Of a stretch of DNA of 64,000 nt, positions 1-18,501 are shown piece after piece. How positions within the stretch are numbered: position 1 is the stretch's first letter; every line of letters begins with the position of its first letter. The translations under genes were made by a program, and so were the position numbers. Where the stretch lies: NCBI GenBank assembly GCA_040954595.2, contig CM082591.2, forward strand, positions 2,813,258 through 2,877,257, written 5' to 3'. Origin of the DNA: Balanoglossus misakiensis (lineage: Eukaryota; Animalia; Hemichordata). The notes beneath the pieces are model-generated. The model was not told the origin of the DNA, did no database searches, and saw only the letters and a list, made by a program, of their open reading frames with translations.

Positions 1-408
1 ATTAAAAGGGTTTAAATTAAGGTCTATCTCAAGGACACAATTGAGGAAAAAATAACAATGCAGTAACATTCTAACAAAAACTAGGTTATGTAAATGGTGG
101 GTTTCTGTGTTTCATGGTTAGGTTGGCTGTAGATATCTCTTTAAAAACTAATTCTGAAATTTATTGTGTGATAATAACACCTCTCTGTATATCACTATGC
201 AGGAATTCTGTGTAAGCAAGTGCTTAGAATTTGAGTTTCAATTTAAACAGGTTTCATTATTGGAAATTTTGAATATAATTTGGTAAATTGAAAAGTGCTA
301 AAAATCTGTTTTCAATAAAAATTCTAAAATTGTTTCAAAACGATGTTTATACAGTGAATACGTTTATTTTATGGAAAGTAATTTTCAATTGATAATCGTA
401 TTTTGCAG

Positions 409-6314
<5,906 letters not shown>

Positions 6315-7988
6315 CCCCCAGCACCTTGTGATGTCAAATGAGAGCAAAGCGCAAAGGTGCAACACTGGAGCTTACATTTTGTACAGCGTGTTGACAACAA
6401 ATCGAAGATAAATATCCTATCGTGTGAAGTGCAATCAACTGGATTGATAACGAATTAATGATCAAGTACAGTATCGCGTTTGTCATTTCTGATTACATCC
6501 CCGAGGAAGTGATCACGCATAGTTAACAGTTGTATATAATGTGAGAGGTTCCGGTGTTGACTTCTACAACCAATGGGTCCAGAAGCTAGGACGCCGCGGT
6601 TGAGAAGATGGATTAATTACTCGTGGAAGTAATTGAGATACTTGCACCTCCAACATCGGAAAAGATGCTTGGAATATTCCCGCACAAAGTGCTTACGTGT
6701 CTGTGATGTGGAGGGGTGCGAATGACTTTCCGAGGGAGAAAAAAGACAGAAAGTAACACTATCTGCTTGGTTTTCTTCAATGGAATTATCTGTTACATAT
6801 ATTTGTTGAAATCTCAATCTATTGTGGTCTGTGTTGTGGTGGCAGAAATGGAGTACTTGACTTTGGGAAGTCAATTGAACTTGAGACTTGTACAAAATTC
6901 GCTGTGTACACTAAATCCCCTTAAGGGAATTTTGTTTCAGATTTTCTTGGACTTATCTTATTTTTGGCAGCCGGCTTCTTATGTTACAAACAGCTCATAT
7001 TGCTTTCGCTGTTGTTATTTCGCATAAATCATGAAAAAAACATAAAGACAAGCATTATACACAGTCAGCAAGAAATCAATGTTGATATCTGCTTGTCATC
7101 CCTCGTTCACAATAAACAAACCAAAATCAAACATTTTGCTCAAGGGTGAGGGTAAATTAAAAAAGAAAAGTCGGCATTTTATCTAGTGTCTACTCAGTGT
7201 TTTATATTTAAATATATCTTTATGTTTATTGTGTTCTTTTAATTTTTTGTGCATTTCTGCTTTGAAAGACTTATGCAGAAATGCAAAGTGAACGTACTGT
7301 GGACCATCTGATCAGTGAAATACAAATTATATACCTCTTGATTCAGAGAATCAACAAGGAGAAAAAAATGAAAAGTCAAATGTAATGATTCCCTCTTTAT
7401 ATATAGTATTATATTAAATATAACTATAAACAGTATTTTAACAGATAAGACACCCAGTAACCAGAGATAGCCCTGTGTAAAGTTTTTATTCAATTTTATT
7501 CAAGCGAGACTTTTGTGCTCGTAAAGCATGGCTAATGAGCTTCAAAAATAACGAAAAAATTGTATGTATTTTATCCCGAACTAATGCATCTTGAAGTGAA
7601 CTTGCATAAGAAATGCTATACCTGGTGTAAATATTAAAATGCAGCTAATAATGTGTCCGCTGTTGAGAAACCTTGATGTTCTATCATAAATTTGCATTTA
7701 GGAATGCATTTTTAAAGCTCCATTACTTAGACTGTTTCTCTTCATTATGCACAGTGTATGTTTCTTGACTCGCTGAGTTCAGATTATAATCACAGTATGT
7801 TATCAGAAAATTGGAAATTTCTCCATGTACATGTGTAATTCTAATAACGGTTTATTTGTCGTAATTGTGTTTTGTACACTTTTATATAATACATGTACAA
7901 CATAATCATATGAGGAATGAGCGAGAGAACATTTTGTTTCGCCAACTATGTATATTTTTTCCCGACTTTTAACATTCGTTTGACGTTC

Positions 7989-7994
7989 AATAAA
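7989..7994 (+). terminator. Probable polyadenylation signal of MYRF
   Basis: AATAAA at the end of a ~1.7-kb AT-rich stretch after the MYRF stop, followed by a T/GT-rich tract (ttgtattttttt). Confidence 0.5.
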
Positions 7995-8605
7995 ATGTTC
8001 TGTCAGAATTGTATTTTTTTCTGGAGTATAAATATTGTAGGTTCCATTTTAATGTGGTAATAGAAGCTGCTGGTATGTATGATGTTGATATTTTACAATG
8101 TTATCAGGTTGCTATGTTATTGGTTGTAACAGGGGCCAGACCTTACAAACTGGAATTTTGCAAGACGTCGTGTAATTTCGATGAACTTTGCTCACTTGTG
8201 AACACTCTTACATGTGCAAATAAGATAAGGAAACACCCTTCACCTATTTTGTTGTTGATGACTGGACCCATTGTAAACAGCTGTATAGATTTGGCATTTC
8301 TTATGTATAAACTAGCCTAGGACTTTGGCAGGTGTGCAAGTGGGTGGGGAATAGGGAGTAGGTAGGTAGTAAGTATACTTGTGCGGCTATGCAGCTGGTT
8401 GGTTGATTTGGCTTGGGGTATGGGGGAGTGGTTTAAGGTGATTGACAGGTTCGTCCGACAGAATTGATGGTATGCAAACTGTGCCTGAATTTACAGTCAT
8501 GATTAGATCTCATGCACAGACATAAATGAGAAAGTGTGACCAGAAGTCGATCAGAATCTAGTTATAGCGTCTATACGTGTGTGTTTGGTAGTAATCTCAG
8601 TTGGC

Positions 8606-9255
8606 ATGGCAACCTTGGGCATCCCCCCTCCAGATGGCGGCTATGGCTGGGCGATTGTCTTTGCTGGTTTCTTGGCGTACTCTTTGTTCGGTGGCACTGG
8701 AATGGCGTTTGGTGTTTTGTTTGTTGCCTTTCTTGATGCGTTTGGGGCAAGCAAGGCTGAGACAGGTTAGACAAGATGGCGGAGCCATATTCAAAGGGGG
8801 GAGGGGTTGATCTTGTTCTTTGTATCAATGCATGTCTACATTGTATACAGATCTACTCACCAAATATGGTGGGTTTATACAAGAATCATGATTTTGATCC
8901 TGCAAGTGACGGTTTGGAGACTTGGTGCATGTTGTTAGGCGTGAATGTTGCATGCAAATGTTTGCTGGGTAGGGGCCTATGTGTACATGGACATGTATCT
9001 CTAAAATGACTTCTTTGGCTTTCTGACTTTGTTACAGCATGGATAGGGTCTATTTCTATGGGAGCTGGTGTCATTTTCAACTTCCTGGCTTTAGCTCTGC
9101 TCAAGAAGTACGAACACAGAACTGTTATGATGATGGGCGGCATTGTGTATGCTACCGGTTTACTTTCAAGTGCCTTTACGACCAGGATTGGACAAATATA
9201 TTTCACCTATGGAATCCTTGGCAGTAAGTTTCTCGAGTGTATGTATGTATGTAAT

Positions 9256-9286
<31 letters not shown>

Positions 9287-11165
9287 TATCTCTCTGTCTT
9301 ACATTATGTTTGTTTTTCTTTTAAAACAAGGTATCGGGACGTGGCTGATCATCTTGTCTGTAATGGAGATGGTCCCCAGATACTTCAGGAAGCGTCTTCC
9401 TTTGGCAATGGGCTTCATATTGGCCGGGGGTGGCGTTGGACAGGGTGTGATGTCTGTAACGATACCGCATCTCTTGGATGCCTACGGTTGGCGAGGCACT
9501 CTAATTATATTGGCAGCAGTCAATCTGAACCTGTGCGTTGCCGCTTCATTGTTTAGACCGGTTACTCAAGACAGACCAGGTGCGAAGGAGGACCCCGATG
9601 AAGTTACAGAAGGCGTCAATAACTCCTTGCGCGACCAAAGAGGAATTGGACATAATCTATCCACAACCTCGCAAGATATTAGTTCTGTAGACAAAGAAAA
9701 AGATAGTCGCGGGACAGAGAAGGGAAATAATCGCTCATTTCTTGAGAATATCAAAGCTCTATCGCCTGATTGGTCACTGTGCTGTTGTCTCCCGTTTGTC
9801 TTAATAGCCATCTGTGGATTGTTTCGTTCAGCCGGAATGGTTTCAGTTGTTTCTCACTCAGTAAGTACATGTGGTCCATTTTGACATAATCTAATATTTA
9901 GGTCTATTGTTATATACACTAAATTCGATATCATTCTTAGCGCCCATCTTGGTCTATTTGAGCTGTTGTACTTATATATCACATACAATTTACATTTGTA
10001 TATGCATAATCATTGCAATTATCTGACTTGGAACATCTGGGGTTGTGCCTGTCAATCCACGCGAGCATATTCAGTTAACGTTTGGTATGATTTGTGTTTG
10101 TAATACCACATCCAAGAATAACGTATTTGAAAAAGTGCATGCACGCTATGCTTGTCGTTGTGCAGGTCAAACGAGGAATGGAATACGGCATCGCCAATAG
10201 CCAGATCTTGCCAAGTGTGCTGGGTATAACGCAAGCAGTTGGACCGGTTTTCTGGGGCTTCTTTGGTGTGAGGGTCAGAAAGATTAAACCGATTATTACA
10301 CTTGGTGCAACCTCGGCAGCTGCTGGGATTATATGCTTCGCTAGCATATTTATGACAACATACGCAGGTTCGAGATTTAAATGGACTTAATGTCCCTGAG
10401 ACTTTCCCCGTTCCTTGGTGTAGCCTATGTCCAAAGAAATAGCGCTTTTGGCAAATTACCGGTACACTTTCAACCAGGGCAGTTTACACGCCTTATCTCA
10501 AATGAGAATGACCCTTGACTCTGCGATAATGTTCCCCACGATTTGTATCTTCAGGCCAGATAATTTATATGGTGCTGTTTGGTACTTGCATGGCGTGCAT
10601 TGTACCCATGCATGCTGTAACCATACAACTGATGTTAGACGAGCAGCGCATGGGCAGTGGTTTGATGTTCGGTTCTCAGGCGATTGGTATAGGCATGCTT
10701 CTAGGACCTCCCTTTATTGGTGAGTTTCTCTGTGACGAGATGTCCTAAAACATCCACGTGGTGTAGCAGACTTACACTATCTGAACAATGTACTTCACCA
10801 TCTGATGCTTTCTAGGAATACTTGAGTTTGTTACATATTTGTATCTAGTTGAAAGGGCAGACAATGTGGACGGTTGCTAGCAACACCTGTACCGAGCTTT
10901 GGAGACAAATGATACTATATCCTATTGCCTAGAGGTCTTTACTTTTGTTTTTAATTTCCTAACAGGCTGGATCCGTGATGTCCAAGGCCACTACGATGGA
11001 GCGTTTTGTGTCATCGGGGCGATGTTTATAGCCACGTCCGTGTGTGTCTTTCTCGCAGCAGCGGCAGATAAGTACACAAGGAAGAAAGGCAGATATAATG
11101 TTGATGTCGTAATGTCGGAGGCGGTTGTTACTTTGAAAGAGGACAAAAGTGAGAAAGTAATATAA
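8606..11165 (+). CDS. SLC16 / monocarboxylate-transporter-family MFS protein, multi-exon
   Basis: N-terminal signature PPPDGGYGW, then FGVLFVAFLDAFGASKAET|AWIGS, RYFRKRLPLAMG, YGWRG..IL..LNLCVAASLFRP, GMLLGPP, GWIRDVQGHYDGAF. Coding exons at about 8606-8765, 9038-9223, 9331-9860, 10166-10367, 10555-10719 and 10966-11165. Confidence 0.93.
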
Positions 11166-11977
11166 AGCCCCTTCTCGTTCATATATGCCTTTTGCAAGTC
11201 ACGTTTGTCTGGCTACCATTGGTAACTAGGTGATCAGAACGATTTTGATAAGCGACGCAGCAGGAATACGTCTAGTATTACAAATATTTGACAACTTGTA
11301 CACTTAAGGAGACAGATTTGACAACAATATTTTGATGGCTTCGGGGGAGAGGTCAAGCAATTGACCAGACTGAAATTTATGATTGACCTAATCGATATGC
11401 ATAGTTGACCTGACTGAAACATAAACATACGGTCGATATAGCTTTGTTAGATTTTGCTGCCTTGTTGCAAACTGGTGTGACCGTCTCTTGTTTCACGTCA
11501 TTGCTTGAGAAAAAACACGCAAGCTTGAATGTAGAAAGTGTTTATGTAAAATGGCAAACGCACATGCCGAGTTAACAATAGCATCACAAAATCAAACTAA
11601 TTACATTATATTTAAAATACAACAATACACACTATTAGGAAAATATAAAAACGGCCGCATTAAAATAAGTTACTGGTTAATAACCCGCCACCATTGATGA
11701 AAACTGAGATGTGACCGGATGTGACGTTACACTGACACACCAGTGGAACAAAGAGGGCGGGCTACCCAAAGCTTGTCTTCCGGTGTTGGGTGGTACATGT
11801 CAATGAAAGGAAGTCCGAAAGCATGTGAAAACGGAGTGAGTATGATTCTTGAAGACATTGTTCCCCAGTGAGTCGATTTGCCCCCTGAAACGTGAAATTC
11901 ACAAAAGCAGAAACCAAGGAGAGCCAGTCCAACACTCTCGTCTTCGGCGCGGCGTCATTCTAGTGACATCCATGAAC

Positions 11978-14228
11978 TTACAATGGCGGCGGCTTTTCTG
12001 AAGATGAGGAAAGAGAGAACTTGTTACAAAAATCTCTAACAAGCTCAAATTGAAAGCAAGATGATGCAGCCATAAATGATCGCCAAGTACAGTACAGAAC
12101 AGTACAGTACAGCAGGAAAAGCAACCCCATAATGACTTACCATAGCAGAGAGACTCGTCTTCTCCGTCTGGACAATCATTCACATCGTCACAAAACTTGT
12201 CAGACGGAAGGCACGTTCCATCACTACACGCGTAATCCGGGTAACAGGGACCTGTGTGAAGACAAATAGTGACGTCAGTCATCCTGTCATTTGTATTGTC
12301 TAAATCCATGGCCTCTTAACCTGGCAACAGTAAATTCTTTTCTGGGAGCGGAAATAGATGGCTGTGGTTCGAGAGAATAGTAATTTGAAACAAGAGCGTC
12401 GCCCTCCATGTACTCACAGTTGATCTCGTCACTGGCATCCCCGCAGTCGTTATAAAAATCGCACTCTTGATCACGTGACACGCAGTTACCGTTATCGCAT
12501 GTATAATCCGGAATGCATGGAGCTGAAAACAATAAGATTTACATCATATTATCAGTTTTTTAAGTTTGGATGTTTAGCTCGCCATCCGCCCCTTTTTGAT
12601 AAAGTTCTGCGTTGCTATACGTTTCCCTGTAGGTTTGTCTGATGCAAATAGCCCCCGTGACCATTGTTAGTGAATGACCGACTTTAAGGATTAGAAGCCA
12701 TTTTCATGACCCATATGTGACCTTTGCATCCTGGAGAAGTTTGTAAATTCAACTCACATGCATATTGGCAAACGGATTTGAGAGTCGTATTGCAGTCATC
12801 GTCGTTCCATTCCAATGATGGCCTGTGAAAAAAATTCAAAAGAAAATTGTTCTTTGATAATTAGGCAGCTTAGTGCGAAAATCTGCCACTGTGCACGACG
12901 TGTCAACAAGATTTAAAGGCCCATGCTTGTTGACGTGGGCGTTTCCAAATATATAAACAATATACTTTTTGTCAGTGCACGGAACTGTTTACTAAGAAAC
13001 AACAGCGGTAGAATATGCCCCTTTAACGACTGGCAATGACTATAATAGGATTGGGGACTTACACAATCTGACCACAGTCCTCCACTCCATCATTATCATT
13101 GGGCTCGCCGTCTTTCCAGTATGTGAAGCTGATGGGGCTACCGTCTTCGTATACCCATATTCCTTCTTCAGTAATATCATTTAAGCCAAACCATATTTTG
13201 CCTATTAGAGGTTAAACGTGGCAGACTTGTATAAAAGTTAACTTTTGATGTAAAAGGCGAATATATTGTTGTATGCTTTGTAACCAGACTCTGGTTACAA
13301 AGGTTTACAGATTCAGTCGTGTGCGGGCGCCCGTACAGGTGCCGGAGCGCCCTCACACGACTGGATCTTGGAATCTTTCAGTCTTATGAGATTGTAAGGG
13401 AATGAAAACTACCTCGCAGCCCTTTTTTCCAATCTATGTGACGATATCTGTTGTATTCGACATCGGTATGGAATTCCGCCAAAGTGGCACCGTGAGAGGC
13501 ACATTGTGCAGCCGCATCATGCCAATGTAACCTGGTGCTAGTAATAATATATTTGTATGTATCTGCAATGAAAAAAGTACATATGTTGTAAATAATGATT
13601 AATGAAGACATTGTTGTAATATACCTTCGATTTTATCATACATACATACACACATACATAGTACATAATATATACATATACACTGTACTTACTTCGACAC
13701 AGTCTGTTTGGCTCAAAACTTTGGCAGGAGGCGACTCTGCTTGTACTGTTGGATGCGTCATACCAATACCAATTGGCCCCGGCAGCCGGATTCACCTCCC
13801 AACAAATCATGTCGTACTCCTCGCAAGTAGAAAGCGACAAATTCAACGTCAGGAGGGTACCGTTAAATACCACTGAGGTAGACGGTCCAACTGTGTTTTC
13901 CTCACTTTCCGTTGCCGTGACGACGGCATCCACCAGCGGGGTTGTTCCCTCTGGGTTGAAAGGCGTGCCCCGACTAACTGAAGCAGTGATGCGGAATAGC
14001 TCCTGGTTGTTGCCAACGATTTTACCGGTGTTGACATTGCCCGTCTCCAGGGTGAAAGAGAAATTGTAGGTTCGGGTGATTCCCATGATTAAATAGAATT
14101 GTTCAGAGTCGTGGTTTATCATCGCTGTTGGTTTATCGACGCTGACTGAAAATAAGAAAGGAGGTGTTCGATAGGTTGATAACAGTCGTAACGCCAATAT
14201 TCATTCATTCTTCCATCCATCCATCCAT

Positions 14229-14261
<33 letters not shown>

Positions 14262-16054
14262 AATCAATCAATCCATCCATCCATTCACCCACTCATTCAT
14301 TCTAAGTCAGTCAGTCAGTCAGTCAGTCACCCATCAACCCGTCCACTCCTGAGCTCACTGACCACTAGCCCCGGTCACTTGCACCAAATACCTTTGCACT
14401 GGTCCAAAGGAGTACACGCTGTGGACCTGTCATTTTCATCCCACACCCAGTTGCTGCCGTTAGCCGGCATCACGTCTACGCACGCGTGGCTGTATTCATG
14501 GCAACCGAGGTTGAACAGGTCGTAGTCTGAATACACGATGGCCACGTCTCCAGTCGAACACTGCGGGCATACTTGCACAGCGCGGTTGTCCGTTGCGAAC
14601 GCCTCCACCTTTACAGACGCGGATGCGCCACCTATACTGTTGGCGATGTACATTCGGAAATCAAAGAGAGCATTGATGTCGCCCGCAAACGACGCAGTAT
14701 GTGTTCCCATGGCGATGTCGACATTCAAGTGAAATGCAACTGTTCTGCCCATGTGTACCACCAGCGGTTGGTTGTCCATTTTACCCAGAGTAATGGTACC
14801 GCTCAGCTGATCTTAAATTAACAGCACAATCAGAAATATATAAAACAGATATTTCTACAGAAAGTTAACAGACGCGGCTTATTAACAACATTCGATCGAA
14901 TAATCAAGTAGGAATTGAACTCAGAAGATAAACACTTACTTTTACACGTCTGTATTGGTATGCAAATCGTTTCCTCATTAGAGTCCACCTGTGCTGTGGC
15001 GGAATTGGCTGAGATGTCCAAACAGAGATTCCGTCCTTCACTGCAGGACAAACCACTCAGGTCAACTATCACACCAACGTCTGGAATAGTAATCGGTGCG
15101 CTACCAATCGATATGTTCACCAAAGAACTCGGAACCAAGACAGTGGAATATATTCCAAGCCTGGTGCCATCTTGGTCTGTTATATACGATGTCATATTAA
15201 ATAAGTCGTCAGCCCGTGCGGAAATGACATCACCCGTGGTTTCCATGTGTATAGTAACGTTAAGTTTGAGATCTTGCATGGACCCCATGATAACTTCGAT
15301 GTCGCCGCCACCAGCCCACGTTAACGAAGCATTGCCCCATGCAATGCTCGTACCATCTTGCAGTTTTCCATGTTCTTATAAATACAAATAAATAACACAT
15401 TAATTATACGATGGTCAGCTGAAACTCGCGATCGTCTCTCGATAAGCTCGTTTACATGATATACTTTTCGTTCCTAAACTCACATGGGTTTTAAAAGTTG
15501 TATGTAGTGATTAAAATAAATGTACCTGCAATTTCGGTGTTTGGTCTGCAAACTGAAATAAAAATAAAAAGATAGGTGGACACAATTATTCACAATTAAA
15601 ATGCACATATATTGATTTGATTTGACTTTTGGGGGCGATGATATTTTCATGAACCTTCAATTGCATTCAATTTCTAGTGTTTGATTTTCATAAATTACTG
15701 TACATGGATACTTACATTTATAAATCAAACCACTCAGCAAAGCCAGCGATGCCAACGCACCAATCAGAAAGAATATGGCGAGACGTCTTTTCGACTCTCT
15801 TCGTCTCTTTGTTTGAATTTCGTCCTTACTGTCCTGTACGAATAAATGAAATGAGTCGGAGGGTGTGTGTTTATGTGTGTATATGAACTATATATGTATG
15901 TGTGAATGTGAGAGAGAGAGAGAGCACATGCACATGATACATGCACATGATAGAGTGTAGGACTATGTACGTTTGCGCAGTTATTTCATATGGCAATTAC
16001 AAACACTAAATTCGTCCTACGTACCAACATCGAACTGGGGACTACCTCAGCCAT
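11978..16054 (-). CDS. Type II membrane mosaic protein: short tail + TM + 3 uncharacterised repeats + C-type lectin (EPN/WND) + 2 LDL-receptor class A modules
   Basis: Phase-compatible exons read [10 protein letters not shown]|[39 protein letters not shown]|FCRPNTEIA|. Repeat exons lie at 15356-14940, 14811-14392 and 14145-13693. CTL exons read [41 protein letters not shown] and WNDDDCN..KSVC. LDLa exons read [34 protein letters not shown] and [34 protein letters not shown]. The last exon is EKPPPL*. The first exon is the least certain. Confidence 0.85.
13276..13367. repeat. Two adjacent short inverted repeats in an intron (probable MITE/SINE remnant)
   Basis: ctttgtaaccaga-c-tctggttacaaag (13276-13302) and gattcagtcgtgtgcgggcgc...gcgccctcacacgactggatc (13310-13367). 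Confidence 0.6.
14212..14330. repeat. Compound microsatellite (CCAT)n/(CAAT)n/(CAGT)n
   Basis: Tetranucleotide arrays visible directly in the intron. Confidence 0.9.
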
Positions 16055-18501
16055 TTGTGATGTATCGATGATCGACCAGATTTCAGTTGTGACTCCAGCC
16101 TTCTACCATGTTGATCTGATCTTGGTATTTTGCATGTATTGCTTTTATGTTCCAGGCGCATGCTAGATCCTTAGTAAGTGATTACTATTAAAGTATATCC
16201 AAGGGTACCTACATGGAAAATATGCGTTGTTGAATGTATATGATCTACTTGGCTTTAAGGGAGCATTCGCCGCGCAATAAGATTATTTTCATCGTGGCAA
16301 CTCTGAGGTAATTCTCTCTTAAAATTGAAAGTAAAAAACCACTCACATACATAAGCTTATACCAAAGGTTTTCAGAACTATTATTTTCTCTAAATCTGTC
16401 CGCGAGGTTCATATTACCGGTTGTTACTCAACACTGATGAAATCCAAAGCGTTTTGGCCCGGCCTTGATCCGTACTTAGAACACCTGGATCTGTAATATC
16501 AACTAAAGTGCGAGACTAAGTTGGTTATCAAGTCCTTGGGCGTTTTAGAGCAAATCTGTCTGGAAATGGAATACTGCTTCTGGTTATATGCAGTGCCACC
16601 CAACGCTAATTAAAAACCACGTCATTTAAAATATGGTATCTTTTTATTTGGTCCATTGTTTTGGGTCGTATCTCTGGCACAGGTGGAACTTGACTGAAGA
16701 GAGAGGTCACAAGTGCACATGTCAATATCTGCATATTACGGTAGATTCACCGCCTGAGGGCGTGTAATATTATGTATATGAACGGATGCACAGAATACGC
16801 GCCGTAGTCAACACAAATGTAAATGTTTTGCTTTCAGGAAGAAAAACTATTTTAATTTTCATATTTGAAACGGGAAACGTTGCTGTGCCAACGGTTATTG
16901 GCCACTTATGAAACCCAGAAACGACTCTCGTCTGTTTATCCCAGAATACATAGCTTCTTGTGCACGCGTATAAGACGTGCTCAGTACGTTCCGGTTGACA
17001 AATGGAAGACCTCGTGTGCATGTCGAGTTTGGCGTCAACATGTCGTACGGCGGCATTTGCCAGACTACGGCGTTTACATCTCTGCGGTAGGAAGAAGGTA
17101 AGGTTAATTGTCGTGTGTGTGATCATTACGTGTTATTTGTGTGTGTGCGACAAGGGACTGCGTCTACAATATTCTCTCAAGACCTGCCTGTGGTATTGTA
17201 CATTGCGTTGCCCATGCTGGGCTTGATGTCGCAATCGGATTCTGAGGTGACGCGCGCGCGGTCACCATGCGAACGTCATCGGATACAATGTCTCCTTAGT
17301 TTAGCGCATGCGTTAGAAAACTTATGGGCCAATTAAGTTCAGATCTTTTGTTTGTTTTTAGCCAAGTGTCGTCGAGGCGGGAATCGACCCTACGACACGT
17401 GTATTCTATAAATCACGTTTGTTTTTCATTCAGACGGCCGATAAAATAATTCTAGTCCTAATACTGCAAGCATAAATGGATGAAGCATAGAACATATATG
17501 CTCCGACAGTAATGGACCGACAGCCCTGATGAGTGTGGACGTGCTGCCTGGGTAAGTTATGGCTTTTTCTGGATGGTCATCAAAAACTCGTACACATTGT
17601 CTTGTGGCATGAAATCGCTCACTACGGAAGGGCTAGTCACAGTGTATATATTTTGGAAAAATGCACCAAGAACGACAAGACAGAGGTCAGAAAGTAAATC
17701 AGAGTTGTGATTTATTTACAACATAAGAGTGGCTAAAAAATCGTGAAATCAAACATTTACATTAATTTTGAATTTTCCAATTAAAAAAATAAAAATCTTC
17801 GTGGAAATATGAACGTGTACAATCACATATAAATCGACATTTTTTTACAATGCATTTTGAAAAGTCTGAATATAAGTATAAGGCCTTCGGCAAACGTGTA
17901 TATATAATGTAAATAGTATTTGTCTTTCATTTGATGTGTAAATGCGGAAAAGGGCATGCTATAATTTCCAACAATTTGTCTCTCGCATCTCACAACGTAA
18001 CTGTCCGTCCGTCCGTCCGTCTGTCTGTCTCTAATTAAAGAATAATTTACCCACGAAAAGAAAGGTGATTCACAACGAGTTGTTTTCGTATTGGGGAACA
18101 TGAAATGCATAGAATCGTATTTAGACAAGGTACTCTTCCACCATGTTGATATGAATTGTGTCTCGCGCTTGTTGACCCTTTTTTTCTGCCAGCCTGCGAG
18201 CGAGGCATTGCAAAGGCCCCGTCAGGAAATCATAAGAGGTACAATGTATCTGCTTGTAGCAACCAACCCCCAAAAGCGTGCCCAGCTGCATAAAATGGCC
18301 ACTCAGCAGTCCTCACGATCACCGAATGCCATGTGTCACTATGTCTAGCTTGCGGGGTATAAATTAAACTGGAGTGCATGCATGTATGCGGCAAAAGCAT
18401 CATCTCAGGCGCACAGTGTGTGTCAGTCGTCAATAGCAGGGTTGGTTTCGTCACATGATCGCAATTTTGTCATGGATGTTCGCAGACACTGGAGATCTGT
18501 T

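Noticed and set aside
17370-17396. tRNA T-arm/B-box-like hairpin on the minus strand
   Set aside because: Too short, and no cloverleaf or A-box could be built; at most a SINE fragment.
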